DNA of 64,000 nucleotides from positions 62,001-126,000 of the forward strand of contig CDRNVI010000170.1 in assembly GCA_977017575.1 (NCBI GenBank). The letters are read 5' to 3'. The position numbers and the translations under genes are program-made. Positions 50,683-63,123 of the stretch are shown in pieces. The notes below the pieces were generated by a model that saw only the letters and a list, made by a program, of their open reading frames with translations, ran no database searches and was not told the DNA's origin. How positions within the stretch are numbered: the first letter of the stretch is position 1; the number at the start of each line of letters is the position of its first letter. Source of the DNA: Paramoeba atlantica (lineage: Eukaryota > Protista > Discosea).

Positions 50683-53600
50683 TTTTTTTAATATTAATTT
50701 TTTTGTAATTTCAATTTCTTAATTATGTTTCCATATTGAATAAAATGTTTTTATTTATTTTTTAATTTTATGATATGTTTTAAATTTATTTTTCATTTTA
50801 AAAATATTTTTTAAGTTGGTTCAATCAAATTTCTTAATTGTTTTGAATTGATGTATTTGATTTATTTTTTATTTTCTTTTTTTTACATTAATTTTTTGTA
50901 ATTTCAATTTCTTAATTATGTCTCCATATTGAATGCAATTCCTTAATTTATTTTCTGATTCTGTGATATTTTTTGAATTTATGTTTCAGATCTATGATAT
51001 TTTTTAAGTTGGTTCAATCAAATTTCTTAATTGTTTTGAATTGATGTATTTGATTTATTTTTTATTTTCTTTTTTTTACATTAATTTTTTGTAATTTCAA
51101 TTTCTTAATTATGTCTCCATATTGAATGCAATTCCTTAATTTATTTTCTGATTCTGTGATATTTTTTGAATTTATGTTTCAGATCTATGATATTTTTTAA
51201 GTTGGTTCAATCAAATTTCTTAATTGTTTTGAATTGATGTATTTGATTTATTTTTTATTTTCTTTTTTTTACATTAATTTTTTGTAATTTCAATTTCTTA
51301 ATTATGTCTCCATATTGAATGCAATTCCTTAATTTATTTTCTGATTCTGTGATATTTTTTGAATTTATGTTTCAGATCTATGATATTTTTTAAGTTGGTT
51401 CAATCAAATTTCTTAATTGTTTTGAATTGATGTATTTGATTTATTTTTTATTTTCTTTTTTTTACATTAATTTTTTGTAATTTCAATTTCTTAATTATGT
51501 CTCCATATTGAATGCAATTCCTTAATTTATTTTCTGATTCTGTGATATTTTTTGAATTTATGTTTCAGATCTATGATATTTTTTAAGTTGGTTCAATCAA
51601 ATTTCTTAATTGTTTTGAATTGATGTATTTGATTTATTTTTTATTTTCTTTTTTTTACATTAATTTTTTGTAATTTCAATTTCTTAATTATGTCTCCATA
51701 TTGAATGCAATTCCTTAATTTATTTTCTGATTCTGTGATATTTTTTGAATTTATGTTTCAGATCTATGATATTTTTTAAGTTGGTTCAATCAAATTTCTT
51801 AATTGTTTTGAATTGATGTATTTGATTTATTTTTTATTTTCTTTTTTTTACATTAATTTTTTGTAATTTCAATTTCTTAATTATGTCTCCATATTGAATG
51901 CAATTCCTTAATTTATTTTCTGATTCTGTGATATTTTTTGAATTTATGTTTCAGATCTATGATATTTTTTAAGTTGGTTCAATCAAATTTCTTAATTGTT
52001 TTGAATTGATGTATTTGATTTATTTTTTATTTTCTTTTTTTTACATTAATTTTTTGTAATTTCAATTTCTTAATTATGTCTCCATATTGAATGCAATTCC
52101 TTAATTTATTTTCTGATTCTGTGATATTTTTTGAATTTATGTTTCAGATCTATGATATTTTTTAAGTTGGTTCAATCAAATTTCTTAATTGTTTTGAATT
52201 GATGTATTTGATTTATTTTTTATTTTCTTTTTTTTACATTAATTTTTTGTAATTTCAATTTCTTAATTATGTCTCCATATTGAATGCAATTCCTTAATTT
52301 ATTTTCTGATTCTGTGATATTTTTTGAATTTATGTTTCAGATCTATGATATTTTTTAAGTTGGTTCAATCAAATTTCTTAATTGTTTTGAATTGATGTAT
52401 TTGATTTATTTTTTATTTTCTTTTTTTTACATTAATTTTTTGTAATTTCAATTTCTTAATTATGTCTCCATATTGAATGCAATTCCTTAATTTATTTTCT
52501 GATTCTGTGATATTTTTTGAATTTATGTTTCAGATCTATGATATTTTTTAAGTTGGTTCAATCAAATTTCTTAATTGTTTTGAATTGATGTATTTGATTT
52601 ATTTTTTATTTTCTTTTTTTTACATTAATTTTTTGTAATTTCAATTTCTTAATTATGTCTCCATATTGAATGCAATTCCTTAATTTATTTTCTGATTCTG
52701 TGATATTTTTTGAATTTATGTTTCAGATCTATGATATTTTTTAAGTTGGTTCAATCAAATTTCTTAATTGTTTTGAATTGATGTATTTGATTTATTTTTT
52801 ATTTTCTTTTTTTTACATTAATTTTTTGTAATTTCAATTTCTTAATTATGTCTCCATATTGAATGCAATTCCTTAATTTATTTTCTGATTCTGTGATATT
52901 TTTTGAATTTATGTTTCAGATCTATGATATTTTTTAAGTTGGTTCAATCAAATTTCTTAATTGTTTTGAATTGATGTATTTGATTTATTTTTTATTTTCT
53001 TTTTTTTACATTAATTTTTTGTAATTTCAATTTCTTAATTATGTCTCCATATTGAATGCAATTCCTTAATTTATTTTCTGATTCTGTGATATTTTTTGAA
53101 TTTATGTTTCAGATCTATGATATTTTTTAAGTTGGTTCAATCAAATTTCTTAATTGTTTTGAATTGATGTATTTGATTTATTTTTTATTTTCTTTTTTTT
53201 ACATTAATTTTTTGTAATTTCAATTTCTTAATTATGTCTCCATATTGAATGCAATTCCTTAATTTATTTTCTGATTCTGTGATATTTTTTGAATTTATGT
53301 TTCAGATCTATGATATTTTTTAAGTTGGTTCAATCAAATTTCTTAATTGTTTTGAATTGATGTATTTGATTTATTTTTTATTTTCTTTTTTTTACATTAA
53401 TTTTTTGTAATTTCAATTTCTTAATTATGTCTCCATATTGAATGCAATTCCTTAATTTATTTTCTGATTCTGTGATATTTTTTGAATTTATGTTTCAGAT
53501 CTATGATATTTTTTAAGTTGGTTCAATCAAATTTCTTAATTGTTTTGAATTGATGTATTTGATTTATTTTTTATTTTCTTTTTTTTACATTAATTTTTTG

Positions 53601-54358
53601 TAATTTCAATTTCTTAATTATGTCTCCATATTGAATGCAATTCCTTAATTTATTTTCTGATTCTGTGATATTTTTTGAATTTATGTTTCAGATCTATGAT
53701 ATTTTTTAAGTTGGTTCAATCAAATTTCTTAATTGTTTTGAATTGATGTATTTGATTTATTTTTTATTTTCTTTTTTTTACATTAATTTTTTGTAATTTC
53801 AATTTCTTAATTATGTCTCCATATTGAATGCAATTCCTTAATTTATTTTCTGATTCTGTGATATTTTTTGAATTTATGTTTCAGATCTATGATATTTTTT
53901 AAGTTGGTTCAATCAAATTTCTTAATTGTTTTGAATTGATGTATTTGATTTATTTTTTATTTTCTTTTTTTTACATTAATTTTTTGTAATTTCAATTTCT
54001 TAATTATGTCTCCATATTGAATGCAATTCCTTAATTTATTTTCTGATTCTGTGATATTTTTTGAATTTATGTTTCAGATCTATGATATTTTTTAAGTTGG
54101 TTCAATCAAATTTCTTAATTGTTTTGAATTGATGTATTTGATTTATTTTTTATTTTCTTTTTTTTACATTAATTTTTTGTAATTTCAATTTCTTAATTAT
54201 GTCTCCATATTGAATGCAATTCCTTAATTTATTTTCTGATTCTGTGATATTTTTTGAATTTATGTTTCAGATCTATGATATTTTTTAAGTTGGTTCAATC
54301 AAATTTCTTAATTGTTTTGAATTGATGTATTTGATTTATTTTTTATTTTCTTTTTTTA
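50683..54358. repeat. 193-bp AT-rich tandem satellite, ~19 copies
   Basis: GTCTCCATATTG recurs at 50920, 51113, 51306, 51499 ... 54008, 54201 (period 193). The first copy (~50727) is diverged. There is one AGATCT site per unit. Confidence 0.97.
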
Positions 54359-55699
54359 TCAAAAAATTTTTTCTCTTTTTTGAATATTTAAAATCTTATT
54401 TTTTTAAAAAATATAAAAATCAAATTGAGAAAAATATTTTTTTTTAGCCAAATAAAGAAAATTAATTTTATTTCTGAAATTAATTTTAGTTTTTTGTTTG
54501 TTTTTGTTGGTTTTTGTTTCATTGCTTCATTTCACCTAAATTCATATACAAGAATCTATTATTTTCTTTCACAAAAAAAAAAAAAAATCTTTTGTCCTTT
54601 TTGTTGAAGTAATTTCATTGTAAAATTTAAAACTTCTAGTTCATGAATACATTTTTTTTTATAAAACCTTTGAATAAGAAAAGTTAACTCTTTGTTAAAC
54701 TTTAATAAAGTAATATTATTATTTTTATAAAAAATTAATTCTTAATAATCCAAATAAAAAAGAATAAATAATAACTTTCACAACTATAAGTTGTTTTTTT
54801 CAAATTGACTAACAACAAAACAGAAAACTTTCCAAAACTTGGGGTAACCTGCTTTTTGGAGTGAAATCAAAGATGTGAAAACACTTTACAAAGATTAAAT
54901 CTTTTCAAATTGATAAAATTGTTAAATATGTGTAAAAATGTAATGGAAACCAAGTTTCATTAATCCAAACCACTCTTAAGGATTGAATTAATACCACTTT
55001 CTTAAAAGCAATTTCTTTCACTTAGATTTATTTTTTTGTTTAAAGTGAAAAACAACTTTTTCTTATTGATTCAGAGCCACTTGAGGCAGAGAGGTGTAAT
55101 TTGTTTGAAGAAAAGCTGAAACAAAATATAAAAGAATTACAAAAAAAGATTGATGCTGCTCACTTTTAATTAATCATGAATATGAATAAAACTGATTTTG
55201 ATTGTAAAAAAGATACTGAAAAACTCAAAGTTGTTTTAATACATAATTGCTTCCATATATATTGTTCCTCTTGAAATAAATTCTATATCACTTTAATGCT
55301 TATAGTTGGTATTATTGGATAGAGTTTTTCAATTTTTACAATTATTAAAACAATATCCTTTGTTTCAAACTTAAAGGTGATGTATAATCTCTCAGTGAAT
55401 GAATGGTGTCATGTAATATTATTTTCATCACTAAATATCAATAATAAGTTATTTTCTTATTGAATTGATAAAATTTTTGTTCTAAAAGTGATTATAAAAT
55501 GTTGATTTTTAAAGTTCAAAGATAATGTCAAAGCTTTTCTTATCTTAAATAGTTGTTTTGCTTATAGTGTTGCAAACCTTCAAGCCTTAACTTGTAATTT
55601 CACAAAGTAATTCATTTAAAACATAATTTTTTCTAGTATGGGTTTTAAACACTGCCTTGGTAAGAATTATACAATCTCCAACAATTATAATCTCTTTTA

Positions 55700-57900
55700 T
55701 CATTGATTTAATCAAGCAGCCTGTAAATTCACCAATATTGTTAAAGCCAAGAGGAATGGTTTCAAACCCACCACATATCTCTCTTTCTTCCCTGAAAACT
55801 GCAAAACCTGCACCCTCTAGATGAGGGTTTGTATGTCTTGAACCATTCTAAAACATTTAAAAGCTTTTGAATTTAAAACTTTTTTTCTTTTTAGATCCTT
55901 TCTTGGTTTGAGTCCTTAGAGGCCAAGGGAGGATTTTATTCTTTCTCAGGATTTTTCTAAAATTTTTTTTAGTATACTAGGTTGATTTAGTTCCTTTTGC
56001 ACATACTGTGAGCCACAAACTCAGCAGGGCAGCACTCACCACAAAGGTTTCTTGCCTGGTAAAATACTTTGAGACAAGGCCACACACTCTTAGTTTCTTG
56101 TTAGTTGGGTATTTTCAGCAAAATACATTTCCTTCCTTTTGCTTGAAGAAGACCCTCAGCCACAGAGCATTTTTCCAATAGATGAGATCATAACTCCTTT
56201 TCTCAGTGACAGCTGAGCAACAATTTGAATCTTAGTTTGAGAAGTGAAACAACTTGTTTCTTGTAGATAGCTCTTTTATTAGAAATTTAAGTAAATTCCT
56301 TTTAAGCTAAGATCTAATTGCATGAGTCAAGTTGTACACCACACATTCAGCTCTTCCTTCCCCCACATACAAGTCTTTGATTTCAATTGGAATCATTTGA
56401 GACATATTGGTATATGCAACACAAGTGGTCTGACCAAACACAACTTTGGAAGAAAGGCTTTGAGTCCAAAGGGGACAGCATAAAGTAAGAACAGAGGTTT
56501 TAGTGTTGGCATAGACACCCAGGGCTGAGCAAAGGGATTTCCACATCAAAGAGGTGACAGATTTTAGGATCAACTTGAATCTCACTAAGTATCCTATACA
56601 TGGAGTTAGATAGGTATTGACCATCTTCACTCTTGAGCAAAAATTCCCACCTCTCTTTTTAATTGCTGTTCCAACTTTCTTCATCTTTTGAACCACCTTC
56701 TCCCAATCTTTGAGAGGAGATAACCATTTACTCAATCTCACTCTCAGTTTCATCACCACAGTAATTGGGTCTTGCCATCTCAGACCAGGGGTCTACTGGT
56801 TTGTAAGACTCAGTTGAGAGGACAAAGCACTTATTAAAGTTCAGTTTAGCTCCAGTCACTTCTTCATATTTCTTAAAGGTTGGAGTGAGAGAATTGATGG
56901 TTTCAGCTCTCTAAAGCACCATCCCCAAATCATCCATAAAGCCTGGCAGATCTTGGGGGTTGTGTTTCTTCTTCAAACTCACAAGGAGGATGTCAAACAC
57001 AATCACAAACAATAGAGGGGAGATTGGGCATCCTTGTCTAACTCCTGTCCATCTTTGGATTGATTCTTTGGTGCCTGCCCTCTTGGATCCACCAATATTT
57101 AGCAGCCAGGTTACATATTCACAAAGGACTTTCTCAACAACATAGATTGCTTTAGGGGGGTGTTCAAACCTTTGAGAATATGAAGGAGTGCATCACAATT
57201 CACATAATCATATGCTTTGCAAAAGTCTGTTTGGAGGAGAGTCACATCTTTCCCCTCTGCCAAAGCTTTGTAAAAAGAGTCATATACTGATTCTACTGCT
57301 TCATCAATTGATTTCCTGAAAATCCATAACCTCACTTGCTTGTTGAATTAGTTCTACCCACATATCAAAGTACTTCTCTTGTGTTGCCTTATACAAAGAG
57401 AAGGGAATACCATCAGGTCCTGTGCTGGTGTTGTTGGTTCTCTGAAGTAGTTTATTGACTTTCTTCCTGTCCACATTATGTTTCTTAACTGGGGGGAAAT
57501 GAGGTTGGTGGTCAGCAATCAGTTCATCAAGAGAATCTTTGTTATATGGTCTTTCTGTGCTGAGAAGACCCTCCCAAAAATCCTTAATTGCTTTTTTAAC
57601 CACATTATCATCATGAGAGATCACCCCATCCATGATTACATGTTGCTTTTAACAAAAAGATGAAGACCATCTTTGCTCCAAGTTAACAGATCTGTCAGGT
57701 CTGTCTGAATGAGTGTATAGTGGTGTGGTTCTACAAATTGACTTTTAGTTGAATGTTTGTTCAGAAAGAAACCATATTTTTTTGGAAATGAACTTCATAT
57801 AATTGGTTGAGGGGAGACTAAAGTGATATTTTTTCTTGAAATTGTCAAGGGAAAGTTCCATCCTCTTGAAATTCCTGAAATGGGCTTGTTCAAGTTTCAA
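55700..57900 (-). mobile_element. Decayed L1/Tx1-like non-LTR retrotransposon
   Basis: Fragments STGPDGIPF, LQTDFCKAYD, GVRQGCPISPLLF, FMDD and RVKMVNTYL, plus a CRFC knuckle. Many stops and frameshifts. Confidence 0.8.
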
Positions 57901-58457
57901 CCTCCATCAGGTTTTGGAGTGAAAACTGTTGGTTTAATGCTTTACATGAGAGTGAGCTTAAGCTGCACTTGCAATCATAGTGTTTTTAGGATTGAAGTGA
58001 CTTCAAATATTCCTTTTGAGCCTTCAAAAAAAATCTGATGTTATATCCATATGTTCACTCTTGTGGTCTCTTTTCTGATTTGTTTGTTTTTTGGTTGAAT
58101 GAAGATGGTGAAGGTTGAAGAAATGGAACAAAAAAGAAAAAGAAAAAGGAAAAAAAGTGTGTGTTTATTATTCTTTTGATGATTGGATTGTTTGATTTGA
58201 AAAAAAAGGTTATGCATAGAAGTTGAAGGTGATGATGTTGTGAAAGGGAAAAAAAGAACCTGTTTTGTTAATTGATCCAAACAGAAACTCTTTCACCAGA
58301 GACTCCCATTCCTGGATGTATTCTCAGTGATCTTGACTTGACACTGATTGTTTGAAGAAACTCTGATTCAAGTTCTTCTTCTTCTTCTTCTTCATTGTCT
58401 GGGTCAATACAACCTGATGTAAGCTCATGAAGAAAACACTGATCACAGTAATCTTCA

Positions 58458-58763
58458 ATGTCTTTGGCTGAACATTGGAAAACTTTTGAAAGTGAAAGGA
58501 ATTGGCCAGGGACACAAGACTTGGTCCTCCCTCATCTCAACTTATGGCAACATATAGCTTTTGAAATGTTCTCAAGTAATTGCATGAATCTGGTCCAGTG
58601 GTTTGCTCAATCTGACCAAACCCCTCCACCACCCAAAAGGAAAAGAGAAGAGGAAATCGACCTCCAAGCAGTAAAGAAGCAAATGCTGACACAACTCAAT
58701 GAAATGATTGAGAATTGTAAGGACCTTGATGAACTCAAAAGAAAATTGGACAAACAAAAATGA
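58458..58763 (+). CDS. Hypothetical protein or fragment with basic (NLS-like) and coiled-coil tail
   Basis: Protein-like composition (PPPPKRKREEE..). The upstream frame is interrupted. Confidence 0.3.
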   Translation: MSLAEHWKTFESERNWPGTQDLVLPHLNLWQHIAFEMFSSNCMNLVQWFAQSDQTPPPPKRKREEEIDLQAVKKQMLTQLNEMIENCKDLDELKRKLDKQK

Positions 58764-59184
58764 TCCAACTGTTACTGTTCATCATGAGCAAGATGACAGT
58801 TTCACTCTCATCATTGGAGATCTGGAAAGAGATTTGTTTTGAAACTTTGCTCCCCTGCTCAAACCAGACAAGAGTCATCAGAAAACATGAGTCAACTTGC
58901 TCCCTCAACAAACAGTCACCATTTTGGGTCTGAGGTGTTGCATGGGTCAACTTGTTCTCCAGTGTGCACTCCAAGAGCCCACATCACTCAAGGTTTCAGC
59001 ATTGGCCAAAACACTGAGTATGCAATTGATAGGTCAACTTTATATAAGACATTTGTTAATGCATTGATGGGTCAACTTTCAATTTCAGTCTCAAACACCA
59101 GGCCACTCAAGTGGTGATGCTCTCACTGAACCTTATCTGGAATGGAGGAGGATGTTGAGTGCACACACCCATGCCAAAACCAAA

Positions 59185-59492
59185 TGTAGGGCACAAAAGA
59201 GTCACCCAAAAGATTAATGCTTTATCTGAACAAGACTTAGTTTGAATAACTGATGAACAAAGTGAACGACCTCCTGACTCCACACCAGACACACAGTCAC
59301 TCCGACACACAGAGAACAATGGACTCAAGAATGGTCTTCAAGCGCTTTTTTTATTCTGAAACTCCCAAGTGAGTTTCTTTCTCTTTCTCTTCTTCAGCTA
59401 ATATCTGAACTCTACAAGTTCATAATTCTTCTCCTTCTTGAGCTTCATCTTTCACTGAATTCCCCTGGGGCTAAACTAGCACCCTGTGCACA
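59185..59492 (-). repeat. 3' LTR (308 bp) of the Ty3/gypsy element
   Basis: TGTGCACAGG...GTGCCCTACA (TG...CA) with an internal AATAAA. Directly preceded by the polypurine tract. Confidence 0.75.
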
Positions 59493-59501
59493 TCCCCCCT
59501 C
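59493..59501 (-). other. Polypurine tract GAGGGGGGA
   Basis: Lies between the pol stop and the LTR TG. Confidence 0.8.
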
Positions 59502-59522
59502 AGTGTTTTTGAAACAAAAACA

Positions 59523-62500
59523 CTACCCACGAGCAGCCTTAGGGAGATTCTTCTTAATTCTTCTTCCCGTACTCGAAAACCTCTCTGGTTCTTCTTCTTC
59601 TGATTCTTCTTCTTTCTCTTCCTCTTTCTTCTTTCTTGGTTCCTTCTTCTCTTGTTTCTTGTCTTTCTTTTTCCAATAATCTTCAATCACCTTGTATGAG
59701 TGGAAGGAACTCACAGCTTCCCACGACTCCTCCGCATTTTTCCACTTCACTAAATATTCTTGTCCATCCTCACCCATCCGATCGTCAACCACTTTTAAAA
59801 TCTCCAGTATTTTCCCTTCTCCTTCCTCCAAATCTCCTTGGATCTCTTTTAATCTCACTGCAGGTACTTCATTTTTCACCAAGGCGCATGTTGCATCAAT
59901 CAAATCGTATCCTTTTGTTGCCTGATTGTACCCCACCACTTTGAATGGTCCTTCCCAGCGCTGATCACTCTTCGCACCTCTTACATCTACCATCTTCATA
60001 ACCTCGGTTCCTGCCTCCCAAATTTTCTCTTTCTTGGCCTTATTTTTCCTCTCTGAATATTTCCTTCCTGCTTCCTTGGAATGTCCAAAAATGGCTGGAT
60101 ACACCGCATCGATCATCTTCTTATTTCGTTCAATTAAATCTTCTTCTGACACTTCTTGTAACTCTATACTCTGATAATCCTCGAACTTGTTCAACTTCCT
60201 TGCAAACATCAAGGCAAATGGACTCGACATATGTCTCCCCACAATCCGATCATTTAAGGACATTTGGACCACTGGCAACATTTTCGCCCAATTCTCCTGG
60301 TAGCCTTTCAGCAGCTTGAACAATAATCGTTTTGTTTCTCCCACATAGCGTTCTGCTGCTCCATTCTGGTTTGGGAAATAAGTCAAAACGGCTCTTGCCA
60401 CAAACTCAGCTGCCTTGCGGAACTCTTCTACAACATCATTCAAAAAGGAAGGGTCATTGTCCATTTGCAACACCTTGGGGATTCCAAAGTTAGTGAAAAT
60501 ATTCAATAGAACCCATGCTACTTGCACCGCTTCTTTTGACACTAGGGGTCGTAAAAGCACAAACTGCGTAGCCACATCAATCACTAATAGGATTACAGTG
60601 AAGCCATCTGAAGATACTTTCAAAATAATCAGATCCATTGCAATGTGATCAAACGGAAGTTTCGACAAAACTGGGGTGATGGGGTGAAATCCCACTTTCC
60701 CAACATTGTACATCAAACATTCTAGGCACCCTTTCGCTACTTTGTCACACAGGGTCCTCAATCCATCCCAATAAAATCCGTCTCTCACCATAGCTTCAAA
60801 TAGCCCGAGTCCTCCAATATGACTCTCTTTGTGTTTCGCTTTTATCAAGGCCAGTTTGTCTTCTTCTGCAGGTTCCTTCTTTCCCAAAATATCTTTCATC
60901 AACTTTTTCATTTTTTTTCCAATCCCTGTGGAAGGGACCTCATCTACCACCAGCTCATGTGAATCAAAAACACACTTAACTCCCGCCATATCTCTAACTG
61001 GTTCCCCAAAAATCCGAGAGAGAGAGTCAGGTAACACATGGTTCATTCCCTTGCAATGTATCACATAGAAATCGAAATTCAACAGGAAGTGCAGCCAATC
61101 TAAGATCATAAAGTTCTTCGATTGGTTCAAATACTCCAATGCTTTATGATCCGTCTCAATACAAAACCTCCTCCCCAACAGCAGGTGCCTCCACCTTTTG
61201 AGAGCGAATATGATTGCCAAGAGTTCTCGCTTTACCGCTGGGTAGTTCTTTTGGCCACCTTTCAATGAACCACCCCCAAAATCAATATATTTAATCTTTC
61301 CTTCGATTTTCTGATACAAAACAACTCCAATCCCAAACTGGGAAGCGTCCGTCGCAACTCGAAATTCTTCATCAAAATTTGGCTGGCTCAATGGTGGTGC
61401 TGACTCAAGCAATATCTTTAAATCTTGAAAGGCTTTCTGACAATCTGGCTTCCAATCTTTCTCTGTGATCACCTTCTTCTTTCTGAGCTCCTCAAGAGGT
61501 GCAGCAACCCTCGCATAGTTAGGGATGAAGTCTCTGAAGAAATTGAAAAAACCCAAGATTGCAGAAACCTTCTTTCCTGACGTTGGTCTAGTTATCTTCT
61601 TCAACCACCCCAACTTGTCTTTGGCCACCCATCGAGTTTCACCATCAACAATCATCCCCATAAACCAAATTCTTGTAAATCCAAACTTGCTCTTCTTCAA
61701 ATTCAGCTTGAATCCTGCCTTAGTCAGAGTTTCAATCACAACTTTCAGATGGTCAATGTGGTCTTCCACAGACTGTGAATGGGCCAACAGATTGTCCACA
61801 TAGGCTCTCAAGAAATCGAGGAAATCCGCCACCAATGAATCAATCACCCACTGAAAGTGTGTTGCTGCTCCTTTTGGACCAAAAGGCATCACCACCCATA
61901 CATACTGTTTCCCATCAGGCCCTGTAAAACCCAAGATTACTTGCGAGTCCTTCGAGAGTTTGATTTGGTGGAATGCTGCTGACAAGTCCAACTCAGAGAA
62001 AATTTTCGAACCTCTGATCCGAAAAATCAAATCAGCAATCGTAGGGAGCTGGTAGTCTGGGGCTTCTGATTTCGCATTCACCCCTCTCAGGTCCATACAA
62101 AGCCGAATATCATCTTCCTTCTTGCCACCTGAAACCTTGGGAGCTGCTACTAGAGGGGTGTTCCAGAGATTTCGCACTGAGGACACATCCTCCAGAGGAA
62201 CTATCCACCCTTTTTCCAACCATTCAGTAACTCTCTGTTGAACTTTGCCACTTAATCTTTCTGGAATCGGGTACTGTCGCGTAAAAACCGGCTTTGGATC
62301 GAGCAATGAAATCGAAAAATGCGAATTCCTGATATTACAACAAGTCCCATCAGGCAATCTCTGATTCTCTTCAAGAACTTCTTTAATCCCTCCCATTATT
62401 TTCTCAACTTCATTCTCAGGCAGGCGTGTCTCTTCAGATGGCCCACTCCATCCCTCTTTGTCCGCTAAGTTAGTCTCATGGAACAACTTCTTCCTTTCTG

Positions 62501-62555
62501 GGAACACTGGTGGGATTCCTTCGATTTCAACACCAAGTCGCTCCATCAGCCGCAC
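59523..62555 (-). CDS. pol: Pol: RT, RNase H, integrase, chromodomain
   Basis: MPFG, YVDN, TDAS, ETDHKAL, H..H..C..C, DHIAMD..DND..N...ER, and YLVKWKNAEESWE. Confidence 0.95.
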   Translation of the reverse strand: MRLMERLGVEIEGIPPVFPERKKLFHETNLADKEGWSGPSEETRLPENEVEKIMGGIKEVLEENQRLPDGTCCNIRNSHFSISLLDPKPVFTRQYPIPERLSGKVQQRVTEWLEKGWIVPLEDVSSVRNLWNTPLVAAPKVSGGKKEDDIRLCMDLRGVNAKSEAPDYQLPTIADLIFRIRGSKIFSELDLSAAFHQIKLSKDSQVILGFTGPDGKQYVWVVMPFGPKGAATHFQWVIDSLVADFLDFLRAYVDNLLAHSQSVEDHIDHLKVVIETLTKAGFKLNLKKSKFGFTRIWFMGMIVDGETRWVAKDKLGWLKKITRPTSGKKVSAILGFFNFFRDFIPNYARVAAPLEELRKKKVITEKDWKPDCQKAFQDLKILLESAPPLSQPNFDEEFRVATDASQFGIGVVLYQKIEGKIKYIDFGGGSLKGGQKNYPAVKRELLAIIFALKRWRHLLLGRRFCIETDHKALEYLNQSKNFMILDWLHFLLNFDFYVIHCKGMNHVLPDSLSRIFGEPVRDMAGVKCVFDSHELVVDEVPSTGIGKKMKKLMKDILGKKEPAEEDKLALIKAKHKESHIGGLGLFEAMVRDGFYWDGLRTLCDKVAKGCLECLMYNVGKVGFHPITPVLSKLPFDHIAMDLIILKVSSDGFTVILLVIDVATQFVLLRPLVSKEAVQVAWVLLNIFTNFGIPKVLQMDNDPSFLNDVVEEFRKAAEFVARAVLTYFPNQNGAAERYVGETKRLLFKLLKGYQENWAKMLPVVQMSLNDRIVGRHMSSPFALMFARKLNKFEDYQSIELQEVSEEDLIERNKKMIDAVYPAIFGHSKEAGRKYSERKNKAKKEKIWEAGTEVMKMVDVRGAKSDQRWEGPFKVVGYNQATKGYDLIDATCALVKNEVPAVRLKEIQGDLEEGEGKILEILKVVDDRMGEDGQEYLVKWKNAEESWEAVSSFHSYKVIEDYWKKKDKKQEKKEPRKKKEEEKEEESEEEEPERFSSTGRRIKKNLPKAARG

Positions 62556-63123
62556 TCAAAAGTACTCGATCTTTCCCTAAACCAGGTAAAGTCCAAATCA
62601 AAATCTCAGCTTGGCCTTGGATTGTTGAAACTTTGACTTTCTTTGCTGTGTCTGTTTCTTGAACACATCCAGAAATTCCTCGGACTCGAAAATTTCTCTT
62701 CACTAAATCTCCTTCTAAACGGTCAAAAACAGAAGGGTCAGCGAGTGTTGCACTTGCTCCTGAGTCAAAGATCGCCCACACTTCCACATCATTCCTCCCA
62801 AGAGAGATTGGAATCTTGGGGAGCCCATCCGTATCTTCTTCCACCCCCAAACCAAAAAATCCTTCTTCAGTTAAAGCTAAATAAGCTTCCTCATCCTCAA
62901 AATCAGATGTTGAAACATCAGTTCCAGGGACCCCCAGGTTTGATTCCTCTTCGGCAAGTCCAGCCAACCTCGGTTCAGCTTTCTTTTTTGGACACCCATT
63001 TGCATAGTGACCCTTTTCCCGACAAGAGAAACATCTTATCTTGGCCAAATCGCGTCCTCTCCTCTCTTGAGGCTCATCTCTGCGCAATTGCTGCCATGGA
63101 CCTTTACCTTCTGCTCCACCCCC
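62527..63123 (-). CDS. pro: Second CCHC knuckle plus aspartic protease (in frame with gag after a single TGA)
   Basis: CFSCREKGHYANGC and AIFDSGAS. The frame is open from the gag TGA. Confidence 0.85.
   Translation of the reverse strand, partial: GGGAEGKGPWQQLRRDEPQERRGRDLAKIRCFSCREKGHYANGCPKKKAEPRLAGLAEEESNLGVPGTDVSTSDFEDEEAYLALTEEGFFGLGVEEDTDGLPKIPISLGRNDVEVWAIFDSGASATLADPSVFDRLEGDLVKRNFRVRGISGCVQETDTAKKVKVSTIQGQAEILIWTLPGLGKDRVLLSAADGATWC

Noticed and set aside
50683-54358. CRISPR-like or alpha-satellite (171-bp) interpretation
   Set aside because: There are no unique spacers or cas genes, and the measured period is 193 bp.
58885-59080. Four short GTCAACTT repeats next to the gypsy LTR
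   Set aside because: They are short, irregularly spaced, and lie in decayed sequence with no interpretable frame or structure.
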